DNA of 64,000 nucleotides from Caldilineaceae bacterium (GCA_041391225.1 JAWKOL010000024.1:38947-102946), one strand, 5' to 3'; shown: positions 20,140-29,813, counted from the stretch's first letter. Notes: generated by a model not told the origin, from the letters alone. Made by a program: numbers and translations.

Positions 20140-21543
20140 CTATCCGCGCAGGCGCTCGAGGACGTAGCCTGTCACGGGGCCGACGATGGCACTGAGCAGC
20201 GGCTCGCCGAAGGCGCCGACCACGGCTGTCACCGCGTTGGGGACGAGGGCGACGAGTTTGTACCAGCAGGCGGGCCATCTGCCTGTCGTCAGCGCAGTCG
20301 CCCTTCTCGGCTTCGGCTTTGAGCTCGTGCACCACCTGTGTGGCTTCGTGGCGTTTGTCTTCGGGCGCTTGTTGCGCGGCCTGCAACAGCGGCGCGAAGA
20401 TGCGCGCCAACTCTGCGCCGGACGCGCCGTAGTTGACGATTTGGTCGCGGCCGACGAAGTCGCCGCCGGCGTGGACGTTGCCGCCGATGAAGGCGCCGCC
20501 GCCGGTGTTGATGGTGCGGTCGCCGATCTGCCCGATGTTGCCGGGTAAACGTTGCCCTGCACGCCGCCGGTGATGTTTGTCTGCGGCCCATGGACGGTCT
20601 GCCCTGACTGCTGGATGTTGCCTGTCCCCGCGCCCGGCGCGTCGGCGATGGGATCGGGGGCAGGTTCGCCTTTGCTCAGCCCCTTGCCGCCCAGGATCAG
20701 GGACACGGGGAAGTTGCCGCTGATCTGGAAGTCGGGCGTCTGTGTGGCGGCGGCTTCGCGGCGGGCGCTCTCCGGCACGGTGCGGGTGACGTGGCTCATC
20801 ACGTCGGAGACAAGCACCTCGGTGGCCCCGTCCTGTGGCTGGGCGTGGCCGGTGAGCGCCTCGATCAGGTGGTAGGTGAAGACGCTCATCTTGCGGTCGC
20901 GGCGGATGTACGACTTCTCCGTCCCCTGGCAGGAGCTGAGCACAGCGCGGCCTGCGCCCTGGGCCAACGCGGCGATGTCCTTGGCCGTGGCCGCGCTGAC
21001 GTCAACAGCCTTTTCCCCGGCCATGAGGATGTGGGGCGGGATGGCGCTCTCCTGGTAGATGTCGGCGTCGGCGTCCAGGTCCTTGGCCTCGATGCCGGCG
21101 GCGTGACAGCAATCGAGGATCAGCAGCAGGCGGCGCGGACGCAGTTCGGCGATGGCTTCGGCAAAGTCATTCGCCCGCAGCGCACGCGACTTGTAGCGCC
21201 CGGCCTGCATATCGTAGGGGATCAGGTAGTAGGCTGCGGGCGAAGACGCCGTGTCCTGCCAGCCGTGGCCCGAGTAGTAGATGACGGCGGTGGTGTTGTC
21301 GCTGCCGTCGGCTTGCAACTTTTTGTAAAGCCAATCCAGCCCGTCCATGATGCCCTGGCGCGTCGCCTCGCTCCCGGTGATCACCTTGACATTGTCCGCG
21401 GGATAGGCGCAGCGTTCGGGATGAACGAGCACTTCTTGCAGCGCGGCAATGTCCTTGGCCACATCGGGCAGCGCCAGCTTCGGCACCGCATTCTCGCTGA
21501 CCCCGATCAGCAGCGCATAGCCGACCTCAAATCGATCTGTCAT
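20140..21543 (-). CDS. caspase-family (peptidase C14) protein with a Gly-rich repeat plus helical C-terminal extension; two mutually compensating frame breaks in the tail
   Basis: YYSGHGW and LILDCCHAAG supply the His/Cys dyad. Between ~20545 and ~20285 the plausible sequence (PGNIGQIGDRTINTGGGAFIGGNVHAGGDFVGRDQIVNYG...ELARIFAPLLQAAQQAPEDKRHEATQVVHELKAEAEKG) and the high GC3 are in the alternative frame. Confidence 0.8.
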   Translation of the reverse strand: MTDRFEVGYALLIGVSENAVPKLALPDVAKDIAALQEVLVHPERCAYPADNVKVITGSEATRQGIMDGLDWLYKKLQADGSDNTTAVIYYSGHGWQDTASSPAAYYLIPYDMQAGRYKSRALRANDFAEAIAELRPRRLLLILDCCHAAGIEAKDLDADADIYQESAIPPHILMAGEKAVDVSAATAKDIAALAQGAGRAVLSSCQGTEKSYIRRDRKMSVFTYHLIEALTGHAQPQDGATEVLVSDVMSHVTRTVPESARREAAATQTPDFQISGNFPVSLILGGKGLSKGEPAPDPIADAPGAGTGNIQQSGQTVHGPQTNITGGVQGNVYPATSGRSATAPSTPAAAPSSAATSTPAATSSAATKSSTTARPAQSWRASSRRCCRPRNKRPKTNATKPHRWCTSSKPKPRRATALTTGRWPACWYKLVALVPNAVTAVVGAFGEPLLSAIVGPVTGYVLERLRG

Positions 21544-21567
21544 CGCGCAAGCCTCCTTGTCATCTCC

Positions 21568-21591
21568 ACATCATCACATCATCACATCATC
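21568..21591. repeat. tandem octamer ACATCATC x3
   Basis: Read directly, immediately upstream of the caspase start. Confidence 0.8.
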
Positions 21592-21620
21592 TCCAACAAT
21601 ACACGCGCTCCGTACCCCAA

Positions 21621-22262
21621 TCAACCATGCGCCCGCCATCCACATGGCGCCAACGTCATCTCCTCAAACCGCGCCGTAAAGGACGATTCCAACGGGCTGC
21701 ACGCGTAGACGCCGAAGCGGATCGGCTGCGCCGCTGGGGCGGGCGGATCGAGCTTGCCCATCTCTGCCGTGGTCTCGCCTAGCCGGTGCAGGTGAAAAAT
21801 GCGCATCTGACGGAAGGTGACGCCGTCCACCGAGTTCTCGATGAGGAAGTCGGGCCCGCGGCGGCTGAGACGGTACCACATCTGCCCTGTGGACGCGATG
21901 TCGGTGGTGGCCCAGTCGGAGTAGCCCAGGTTGGTGACGACGCTGCCCAGCCGCGAGAATGTGGCGTCCTCGTGCTCGATGGATGCTTTGAACCAGTTGT
22001 CGCTGTCCAGGTAGATGATCAGCCCGCACTGGTCGAAGCGGTTGCGGTAATCGAAGACGGCTTTGACGGTGAAGGTGAAGTTGGCGTCGTGGGTCAGCAG
22101 CAGCGCCGGTGCGTTGTCGTTGCGGAAGCCGTAGTAGCTGCGCTGCCAGAAGTCCGTCCCCGGCTCGGTGACGATGGCGACGCGGCGCGCGGCAACGTCG
22201 GACTGTTTGGGCGGGTAGATCCAGGTAGCGGTGGTGAAGTCGAGATGCATGGGTGGCTCCAT
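21621..22262 (-). CDS. DUF1349-like (concanavalin-type lectin/glucanase fold) protein
   Basis: C-terminal 213 aa of ORF 21621..22874 starting MEPPMHLDF. GTDFWQRSYYGFRNDNAPALL and RFDQCGLIIYLDSDNWFKASIEHE. The upstream part of that ORF is the shadow of the E1-alpha gene. Confidence 0.65.
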   Translation of the reverse strand: MEPPMHLDFTTATWIYPPKQSDVAARRVAIVTEPGTDFWQRSYYGFRNDNAPALLLTHDANFTFTVKAVFDYRNRFDQCGLIIYLDSDNWFKASIEHEDATFSRLGSVVTNLGYSDWATTDIASTGQMWYRLSRRGPDFLIENSVDGVTFRQMRIFHLHRLGETTAEMGKLDPPAPAAQPIRFGVYACSPLESSFTARFEEMTLAPCGWRAHG

Positions 22263-22271
22263 GGTGGAAGG

Positions 22272-22299
22272 GATTGGGGACTGGGGATTGGGGACTGGG
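22272..22299. repeat. heptamer array GATTGGG GACTGGG x2
   Basis: Read directly between the DUF1349 and E1-alpha genes. Confidence 0.85.
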
Positions 22300-22317
22300 T
22301 TGACGAGGAGATGAGAT

Positions 22318-23301
22318 CTACGATTCCGCGTACACGCCATCGAAAACGCTCTCCCCCTCCGGCAGCGGACTCGCCTCGGCGAACTCGATGGCGTCTTCCA
22401 CTTCGACGGCGGCGCGGCCGCGGATTTCGTCCAGTTCGTCCTGATCAGTGACGCCGTTTGCCAGCAGTTTTGCCTCGAAGAGAGCGACGGGGTCGCGCTT
22501 CTCCCATTCGGCCAGCAGCTCGGCAGGGACGTACTCGGCGCCGTCGTGAATGGCGTGGCCGAGCATGCGCATGGTCTTGGCTTCGATGAGGGTGGGGCCG
22601 CCGCCGCTGCGGGCGCGCTCGACGGCCTCTTTGACCACGGCGTAGACGGTCTCCACGTCGTTGCCGTCCACGATAAGGCCGGGCATGCCATAGCCTGCGG
22701 CGCGGTCGGCGAAGTTTTCGATAGGGATTTGGTGAGAAACCGGCGTGGAATAGGCGTACTGGTTGTTCTCAAGGACGATGACCAGCGGCACTTGATAGAC
22801 ACCGGCCAGGTTGAGCGATTCGTGCCAGACACCGGCGCTGCTGGAGCCGTCACCGACGAAGGTGAGGGCGACACGCGGTTCTTTGCGCAGTTTGAAGCTC
22901 ATAGCCACGCCCACCGACACCGGCAACGACAGCGGCAGGTGGCTGATGAAGCCGATGATGTTGTGATCGAGATCGCCCATGCCGTGCAGATTGGCGTCAC
23001 GGCCGCGGCTGACGCCGGTCTCTTTGCCCAGGAGTTGGGCGAAAATGCGCCGCGGTGTGAGTCCGCGTTGCAGGTAGCAGCCCAGATCTCGGTGCATGGG
23101 GGCGACGACGTCGTCGGGGGCGAGTGCGAAGCCGGCGGCCACGCTGATCGCCTCGTGTCCGCGCTGGCTGTAGGTGCCGCCTACGCCCTTCCCCTGCTTC
23201 CAATAGGCCAACATGCGCTCGTCGAACGTGCGCGTCAGCACCATCCAGTAGTAGAGTTCCAGACGCTGGTCATCGGTGAGTGAGATAGATTCGGTGGTCA
23301 T
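22318..23301 (-). CDS. thiamine-diphosphate-dependent 2-oxoacid dehydrogenase E1 alpha subunit
   Basis: Start MTTESISL after GGAG. TPP motif GDGSSSAGVWHESLNLAGVYQVPLVIVLENNQYA. No E1 beta gene is adjacent. Confidence 0.85.
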   Translation of the reverse strand: MTTESISLTDDQRLELYYWMVLTRTFDERMLAYWKQGKGVGGTYSQRGHEAISVAAGFALAPDDVVAPMHRDLGCYLQRGLTPRRIFAQLLGKETGVSRGRDANLHGMGDLDHNIIGFISHLPLSLPVSVGVAMSFKLRKEPRVALTFVGDGSSSAGVWHESLNLAGVYQVPLVIVLENNQYAYSTPVSHQIPIENFADRAAGYGMPGLIVDGNDVETVYAVVKEAVERARSGGGPTLIEAKTMRMLGHAIHDGAEYVPAELLAEWEKRDPVALFEAKLLANGVTDQDELDEIRGRAAVEVEDAIEFAEASPLPEGESVFDGVYAES

Positions 23302-23317
23302 CTCGACGCTCCAAAAC

Positions 23318-23370
23318 AAGGCAAAAGTCAAAAGGCAAAAGTGGGGGCAGTCCCTAGCCCCTAATCCCCA
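23318..23370. repeat. two adjacent short arrays (AAGGCAAAAGT type, then AGTCCCT/AATCCCC type)
   Basis: aaggcaaaagtcaaaaggcaaaagt and cagtccctagcccctaatcccca. Confidence 0.75.
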
Positions 23371-24110
23371 ACCACCTCGCCGTGCATCAGAGCCAGGATC
23401 TGGTCAACGATCTCATCCGGGTTGAAGCCGTCGGTGTGGAGGACGCAGGCATCGGCGGCGGCGCGCAGCGGGGCGACGGCGCGGTTGGTGTCTGTCTCAT
23501 CGCGGCGGCGCATGTCGGCGAGGACATCGGCGTAGTCGATCTCCTTGCCGCGGCGGATCAGTTCTTCGTAGCGACGGCGGGCGCGTTCTTCGGCCGATGC
23601 GTCGAGGAAAACCTTGAGCGGCGCGTCGGGGAGGACGACGGTGCCGATGTCGCGGCCCACCATGATGAGTCCGCCAGCTTCGGCGCTTCCATCGCGGAAA
23701 CGGCGGCTGATGCGGCGTTGATGCTGGGTCAACGCGGTGCGGACACGCGGAATCGCCGACACCGTGGACACGTTGCGGTCCACATCGGGCGCGCGGATGG
23801 CCCAGGTCACGTCCACGCCGTCCACGAGGACGGTGGTCTGGCGTCCGTCGGACAGGCCGGGCGCGGGCGGTTGAATGTCGATGTCGAGGATCTCGGCCAG
23901 CGCGCCCACAGCGTCAGAGTCGGCCAGATCTGTGCCACGCTGCATGGCGGCCAATGTCACCGCCCGATACATCGCCCCGGTGTCGAAATAGACATAGCCC
24001 AGCCGTGCGGCCAGCGAAAAGCCCACCGTACTCTTGCCCGACGCCGCCGGCCCATCGATGGCCACCACGCGCGGCAAAGGCAACGTTCCAGCGTCTTGGT
24101 GTTCGGTCAC
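23361..24110 (-). CDS. cmk: cytidylate kinase
   Basis: GTG start at 24110 after AAGGAG. P-loop AIDGPAASGKST. FDTGAMYRAVT. Confidence 0.9.
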   Translation of the reverse strand: MTEHQDAGTLPLPRVVAIDGPAASGKSTVGFSLAARLGYVYFDTGAMYRAVTLAAMQRGTDLADSDAVGALAEILDIDIQPPAPGLSDGRQTTVLVDGVDVTWAIRAPDVDRNVSTVSAIPRVRTALTQHQRRISRRFRDGSAEAGGLIMVGRDIGTVVLPDAPLKVFLDASAEERARRRYEELIRRGKEIDYADVLADMRRRDETDTNRAVAPLRAAADACVLHTDGFNPDEIVDQILALMHGEVVGD

Positions 24111-24213
24111 AATTGCTCCTTGGCAGTGATTGGTCGCGCTCAAACGAAGGTAGTTTACCACAGACCGACGACGGACGACGGCGTCAAAGGGTTGGAAACC
24201 CCAGGCCGACACT

Positions 24214-24267
24214 GAAAAGTCGCCTCAGCGACTGGGAACATTCTGCAAGTGCCTGAGGGCGCTTTTC
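24214..24267 (-). terminator. probable terminator hairpin after the aminotransferase gene
   Basis: GAAAAGTCGCCTCAG ... CTGAGGGCGCTTTTC is an imperfect inverted repeat. On the minus strand it ends in a CTTTTC run. Confidence 0.4.
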
Positions 24268-24303
24268 TGTGTCAGGGCAGGATTTCAATCCCGTTGCAGG
24301 TTC

Positions 24304-25404
24304 TCACCGCGCCAAGAACCCGCGCACCCCCGCTACCAGCGCGCCCACATACGCGTCCGTCCCCGCCAGGCCCATGTGGCCGATACGCGCGATCTGGCCG
24401 GTGAGGGGACCGCCGCCAGTGGCGATGAGGATGTTGTGCTCGGCCAGCAGGTAGTCGCGCAGATCTTCGATGGCGTCCATGCTGGGGTGCTTGTAGATGC
24501 AGCTTACGGTGGGCGAGGCGACGTCGTCCGCGGCGAGGGGGACGAAGCCCAGATCGGCCAGTTCGGCGCGGACACGCTGTTGCGCGGCGCAGTAGCGATC
24601 CCAGTGACCTTGCAGCGTCTCGACGTTCAGGATGCGGTTAAGGCTGGCGTGCAGGTCGGCGATGAGCAGCGTCGGCGGCGTTGACGGGAAGGGGAAGGCT
24701 TTGCGGGCGCGGCTGTTTTTCCACGTGGACAGGTTGTAGTACCAGCCGCAGTGCGACGTTTCCTGTTTGGCTTCGATCACCTGCCAGGCGCGCACTCACG
24801 GCGAGGATGCCGAGGCCGGGCGCCATCTCCAGCGCCTTGTTCGAGGACGTAGCCAGCACGTCCACATCCCAGGCGTCGACTGGCAGCGAGTAGCCGCCCA
24901 TGCCCGACACTGCGTCGGCGAAAATGACGCCGCCGTGCGCGCTGCGATTTGGGTGAGCGCCTGCACCGGGTTGCGCACGCCGGTGCCTGTCTCATTGGAG
25001 ACGACGGCCACACCCGCCGCGGGGATGGGCGCGCAGCGCTTCGTCCACGGCGGCGGGGTCAATAGCCTCACCCCAAGTCCCTTCCACGGAGACGATGTTG
25101 CAGCGGTACTGGGTGAGCACCTGCACCAGCCGCTCAGCGAACATACCGTTGCGCACCACGATCACTGTGTCACCGGCCTGGAAGAGGCTGGCGAGGCCCG
25201 TCTCAATCGCACCGGAGCCAGGCGACGTCATCACAATAATGTCCCCGGCGGTCTGCAATACCTGGCCGAGCATGGCCACGGTCTCGTGGTAGAGCGCCAC
25301 CCAGTTGGGATCCGACATATGCGGCACAGGACCACCGAGGGCGGCCTGCGTTTCGGGGAAAATGTCCACGGGGCCGGGGTGAACAGCTTCGGCGGCGTTG
25401 GCAT
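24304..25404 (-). pseudogene. class V aminotransferase (serine-pyruvate / alanine-glyoxylate type), 3-4 frame breaks
   Basis: Fragments 24992..25369, 24796..25071, 24638..24910 and 24304..24795 are collinear: IVMTSPGSGAIE, VVSNETGTGV, SSNKALEMAPGLGI (PLP Lys), RIGHMG. ATG at 25404 after AAAGGAG. Confidence 0.75.
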
Positions 25405-25424
25405 GCGAGGCTCCTTTGCAATGT

Positions 25425-25580
25425 GGTGATGGGTGATTGGTGATTGGTACGATTGGTGATTGGTGATTCGGTCTCAGAGCAGTACTCGGCCTGAGAAGCG
25501 TACGTGATTCGGCTGAACTGTGGAGTGCTCATTCGGTAACGAATGGCAAGCCTAATCACCAATCACAAATCACCAGTCAC
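25425..25580. repeat. inverted pair of heptamer arrays (GGTGATT)n ... (AATCACC)n around an ~80-nt core
   Basis: Left array 25425-25470, right array 25551-25580, both read directly. Confidence 0.85.
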
Positions 25581-25600
25581 TTCAGTCTCCTACGGATTTC

Positions 25601-26860
25601 TCAAGGCGGGTGACGGCATGGGCGCCCGTACCAGAAGGCGACGGCGATGAGGACCAGCGAGAAAGCCAGCCCCACGGCGGCGACGGCAGCGATGCCGCCC
25701 CAGGCGAACGCGCCGCCTGTCCCCAGGCTGCTGAGGCCCGCAGCCAGGGCGATCATGGTTTCGCTCAGGCCCTGGATGCGTCCGCGCTCGTGGGGTTCGA
25801 GGGCGTCGGAAAGCAAAGACGACGCCGCGATGAAGGCGAAGTTCCAGCCCAGCCCAAGCAAGAACAGCGCCGTGGCCAAGACAACGAACGTGGGTGAGGT
25901 GGGCGTCATCAAGCTGGCGATGATGAGCACAACACCGCCCCAGAAGATCATGGGGATGCGGCCGACGCGGTCGATCAACCAACCGGTGAGGCCCGAAAGG
26001 CCGTACATACCCAGGTTGTGCGCGGCGATCACCCAGGCGATGGCATCGTTGGTGTGCTGGTTGTGGCGCATGTGCAGCGGTGTGATCACCATAAGCAAGC
26101 TCATCACCAGTTGGCCGATGACCATCGCCACCAGTGACAGCATCACCATGTCGCGGCGGATGATCGGCCACAGCACCCGCCAACCGCGTTCGCCGTCATC
26201 GGTGACGGGTTTTTTGTTCACGCGGGCGTCTTCGGCGTCGATCTGGGCGGCGATGTCCTTGGGATCGGGGCGCAGCAGGATCATGATCAGCCCCAACGCC
26301 AGCAGCAGGATCAACGTGCTCATGGCGTACGGGCCGGCGTCGGGGTTGTAGCCTGCGCCGCCCATGATCGCACTGGCCGGCCCCACCAGCAGCGGACCGC
26401 CAATCGCGCCGATGGTCCCCGCGAAAACGACGGTGCCAATCGCCCGCGCCCGCGCCGATGGTTCGTAGGCGTCGGCGGCGGCGTAGCGGGTCTGCTCGCT
26501 GGCAGCGCGGCCCATGCCGATGAGCACCGATCCCACACACAGGATCAAAAATGAGCTGTACTGCACTGCAATTGTACTCGCCAGCAACCCCAACACACCT
26601 ACGAAAAAGCCCACCGACAGCCCGAAGCGCCGTCCTGTCTTGTCCATGAGCCAGCCCAGCGGATAGGACGCTGCTGCTCTCCCCAACATCAACACCGTAG
26701 ACGGCACGCCCGCCAGCGCTTCACTGCCGGTGATGGCGGCGGCGACGATGGGTGTCATCGTGAAAGCGGCGATGGTAGCGGCGCTGAACAGGCTCTGCGC
26801 CGTGAAAAGCGTGGCAGTGATGCGTCGCTGCACGGCAGGCGAAATCGAAAGAACAGACAT
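25601..26860 (-). CDS. MFS transporter
   Basis: ORF 25601..26935, likely Met at 26860 (MSVLSISPAVQRR). About 12 hydrophobic segments. GRAAASYPLGWLMDKTGRR loop. Confidence 0.8.
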   Translation of the reverse strand: MSVLSISPAVQRRITATLFTAQSLFSAATIAAFTMTPIVAAAITGSEALAGVPSTVLMLGRAAASYPLGWLMDKTGRRFGLSVGFFVGVLGLLASTIAVQYSSFLILCVGSVLIGMGRAASEQTRYAAADAYEPSARARAIGTVVFAGTIGAIGGPLLVGPASAIMGGAGYNPDAGPYAMSTLILLLALGLIMILLRPDPKDIAAQIDAEDARVNKKPVTDDGERGWRVLWPIIRRDMVMLSLVAMVIGQLVMSLLMVITPLHMRHNQHTNDAIAWVIAAHNLGMYGLSGLTGWLIDRVGRIPMIFWGGVVLIIASLMTPTSPTFVVLATALFLLGLGWNFAFIAASSLLSDALEPHERGRIQGLSETMIALAAGLSSLGTGGAFAWGGIAAVAAVGLAFSLVLIAVAFWYGRPCRHPP

Positions 26861-27003
26861 GGCAATCTCACAGGGTCGATGACAGGGAGGGCGAAGCGCT
26901 CCAGAGATTGTAGCGACATCAAGGCTGGAGGGCAACTTTGGAGACGGATGTCGGCTTTTCGGAGGGCGCGAGACGTGCTAAACTCTGGGAAGGCAAAAGG
27001 CCA

Positions 27004-27074
27004 ATTGCGGGTTGCGAATTGCGAATTGCGACACCGTCTCTGCAATCTGTAATTCGCAACTCGCAACTCGCAAT
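27004..27074. repeat. inverted pair of heptamer arrays (TTGCGAA)n ... (TTCGCAA-type)n inside a divergent promoter region
   Basis: attgcgggttgcgaattgcgaattgcga / taattcgcaactcgcaactcgcaat separated by 18 nt. Confidence 0.85.
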
Positions 27075-27099
27075 CTCTCCCCACAGAAAGAGGACCAAC

Positions 27100-28638
27100 G
27101 TGTCGGCGCAGAGACCGAATATTCTGTTCATTTCGACGGATCAACAGCATTACTCCGCCCTGGGGGTGACGAATCCCAAGATCAAGACACCGGCGATGGA
27201 TCGGTTGGCCCGCGAGGGGACACGCTTTGAACGTGCCTACTGCCCCAACCCCACCTGTTCGCCCACCCGCGCTAGCCTGATCACGGGGATGTATCCTTCG
27301 CAGCACGGGTGCTGGGCCATCGGCGTGAAGCTGGCCGAGGACGTCCCCACCGTGGGCGATATCTTCCAGCGCCACGGCTATGAGTCGATCCTCATCGGCA
27401 AGGCGCACTTTCAGCCGCTGGCTTCGGGGCCGGGCAGCGAATCCATCGAGCGGCAGCCGATCCTGCGTGATCTCGATTTCTGGCGCAATTTTAAGGGGCC
27501 GTGGTACGGCTTCAACCACGTCGAAACGGCGCGCATGCACGCCAACGAGTCGCACGCCGGTCAACACTACGCGCTGTGGATGGAGGAAAAGGGACTCAGC
27601 AACTGGCGAGAGTATTTTCAGGAATGGCCGCGCAACCCCAATGACAAGTACGCCGGCCCGTACTACCAGCGCGGCGCGCTGGCCTGGGATCTGCCCGAGG
27701 AATTCCACCACACGCGCTGGATCGGCGAGCGCACCATCGCCAACATCCGCAGTTGCCAGGAGCGGGACAAACCGTTCTTCCTGTGGGCCAGTTTCTTCGA
27801 TCCGCACCCGCCCTACGTTGTGCCGGAGCCGTGGGCGAGCATGTACGATCCAGCGGACATGGAGCCGGGCCGCTTCGTAGACGGCGAATTCGACGATATG
27901 CCGCCCCAATTCGCCCGCACACGCCAGGACAACCCCGACTTCTCCGATTACAATGAACCCGGCGGGCACGGTCTGCACGGCTTCCACTCGCACCTGCACA
28001 GCGACGAGCAGATGCGCCGCAGCATGGCCGCCTATTACGGCATGACCAGCTTCATCGATCAGGAGATCGGGCGCATCCTCGATTATTTGGACGAAGCGGG
28101 GCTGGCCGAGAACACGCTGGTGGTCTTCACCACGGATCACGGTCACTTCTTGGGACAGCACGGGCTGATCGCCAAGGGCGCTTTCCACTACGAGGATCTG
28201 TTACGCGTCCCCATGATCGTGCGCCAACCGGGGACAGTCCCAGCGGGCAAGGTGTCGTCGGCGATTCAGAGCCTGGTCGACTATCCGCAAACGTGGCTGG
28301 CCGCCGCCGGCATCGACGCGCCAGGACAGATGCAGGGCGTCAACCAGTTGCCGGTGTGGCAGGGCCAGGCCAGCGCCGCCCGCGATCACGCGCTGGTGGA
28401 GAACCGCCACAACCCCACGTCGGTACACCTGCGTACGCTGGTCACCGGCGCTACAAAATCACCGTCTACCGCGGTGCGGCCTACGGCGAACTCTTCGATC
28501 TGGAAGCCGATCCCGATGAGCGCCAAAACCGCTGGAGCGATCCATCCTACGCCGACATCAAGTCGGATCTGCTCCTGAAGTTCGTGCAGTCCGAGATCGC
28601 CCGCGAGTCCACGCATGCCGAGCGTCGCCGGGGCGTAG
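27100..28638 (+). pseudogene. Cys-type sulfatase, frame breaks near 28445 and 28600
   Basis: GTG at 27100 after GAGGA. NILFISTDQQ. Active-site CSPTRASLITG. DHGHFLGQHGL. The tail YKITVYRGAAYGELFDLEADPDE is in another frame. Probable stop is TAG 28636-28638. Confidence 0.8.
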
Positions 28639-28723
28639 GGACTGGGGACCTGGGGACGGGAATCAGTTTACCAACGTGTCACCCAATCATCTCATCATCT
28701 CATCATCTCATCATCTCATCATC
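28635..28723. repeat. GGGGAC-type heptamer array followed by a CATCATCT octamer array (x4-5)
   Basis: gtagggactggggacctggggacggg (28635-28660) and atcatctcatcatctcatcatctcatcatctcatcatc (28686-28723). Confidence 0.85.
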
Positions 28724-28733
28724 GAGGTTCTTC

Positions 28734-29813
28734 ATGCCCGAAACCACCATCCACCTCCACCCATCCTTTTTCGCGGACAAAGAACGCACGCTGATCGAGG
28801 CGGGCGCGCTGTCGGCGTCGGTTTTTCGGTTTGACAGTGGCGCGCTGCGTCTGCGCAATGACATGGGCGAGCTAGTGATGCTGCCGTTCCAGGGCCAGCA
28901 GATCTGGTCGGCCCATTTGGGCGGGCGCGAGTTGACCATGAAGTCGATGTTCGATCAGCCCTATCCCACCCAGAGCTACCTGCACACCTACGGCGGCTTC
29001 CTGATCCACTGCGGGGCGACACGCATGGGCGTCCCCGGCCCCGAGGACGATCACCCGCTGCACGGTGAACTGCCCAACGCCGCCTATCAGCAGGCGTGGA
29101 TCGTTCTGGGCGAGGATGACGGCGGCGCCTACATCGGCCTGAGTGGACGCTTCCTCTACACCGTGGCCTTTGCCCACAACTACGTGGCCCAGCCCACGGT
29201 GAAGATCTACACCGGGTCGACCTTGTGTCACGTCGGCCTGGAAATACAGAACCTCAAGCAGACGCCGATGGAGCTGATGTACCTGGCCCACGCCAACTTC
29301 CGCCCCGTGGACAACGGACGGCTGCTCTACAGCGCGATCAAGGACGCCGAACATGTGCGCGTGCGCCGCAGTATCCCGTCGCACGTGAAGCCGGGGCCGG
29401 GCTACAAGGAATTCCTCGACGCGTTGGGCGAACATCCCGAGCAGCACCACGTCCTCGCGCCCGATCTGGTCTTCGATCCGGAGATCGTCTTCAACATCGA
29501 CTACCTGGCCGATGTCGACGGCTGGGCGCACACGCTGCAAATCCACCCCGACGGCAGCGCCGACTACATCCGTCACCGGCCCGATCAGCTCGACGTGGGC
29601 GTGCGCTGGATCAGCCGCACCCCCGATCAGGACGCGTTGGGGCTGCTCCTGCCGGCCACGGCCGAGCCAGAAGGCTACAGCGCCGAAAAAGCCAAAGGCA
29701 ACATCAAAACTATCCCCGCGCAGGGGACGTGGCGCTGCGACTACGTGCTGGGCGCGGTGGGGGAAGACGATGTGGCGGGTATTGCTGCTCAAATTGAGCG
29801 TTTGGTTGGGTAG
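28734..29813 (+). CDS. aldose-1-epimerase-fold protein (DUF4432-like)
   Basis: ATG at 28734 after GAGG, inside the artefactual long ORF 28293..29813. DHPLHGELPN and an overall mutarotase-like pattern. The family name is from memory only. Confidence 0.5.
   Translation: MPETTIHLHPSFFADKERTLIEAGALSASVFRFDSGALRLRNDMGELVMLPFQGQQIWSAHLGGRELTMKSMFDQPYPTQSYLHTYGGFLIHCGATRMGVPGPEDDHPLHGELPNAAYQQAWIVLGEDDGGAYIGLSGRFLYTVAFAHNYVAQPTVKIYTGSTLCHVGLEIQNLKQTPMELMYLAHANFRPVDNGRLLYSAIKDAEHVRVRRSIPSHVKPGPGYKEFLDALGEHPEQHHVLAPDLVFDPEIVFNIDYLADVDGWAHTLQIHPDGSADYIRHRPDQLDVGVRWISRTPDQDALGLLLPATAEPEGYSAEKAKGNIKTIPAQGTWRCDYVLGAVGEDDVAGIAAQIERLVG

Noticed and set aside
21621-22874. 417-aa ORF spanning the DUF1349 gene and part of the E1 alpha gene.
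   Set aside because: The N-terminal 200 aa are a Pro/Ser/Ala/Thr-rich out-of-frame reading of the E1 alpha gene. The real gene starts at MEPPMHLDF (22262).
24271-24300. GTCAGGGCAGGATTTCAATCCCGTTGCAGG, which looks like a CRISPR-repeat-type sequence.
   Set aside because: Single copy with no repeat-spacer periodicity nearby. It is probably part of the terminator/3' region of the aminotransferase gene.
28686-28723. Tandem arrays considered as possible CRISPR arrays (also 6275-6325, 49631-49660, 11790-11831).
   Set aside because: The units are 7-14 nt and contiguous with no spacers, and there are no cas genes. They are simple tandem repeats.
28293-29813. 506-aa ORF apparently fusing the sulfatase tail, two repeat arrays and the epimerase-fold gene.
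   Set aside because: The middle is translated heptamer/octamer arrays (GVGTGDLGTG, IISSSHHLIISSS). The sulfatase most likely stops at TAG 28636-28638 in another frame, and the downstream gene has its own GAGG-ATG at 28734.
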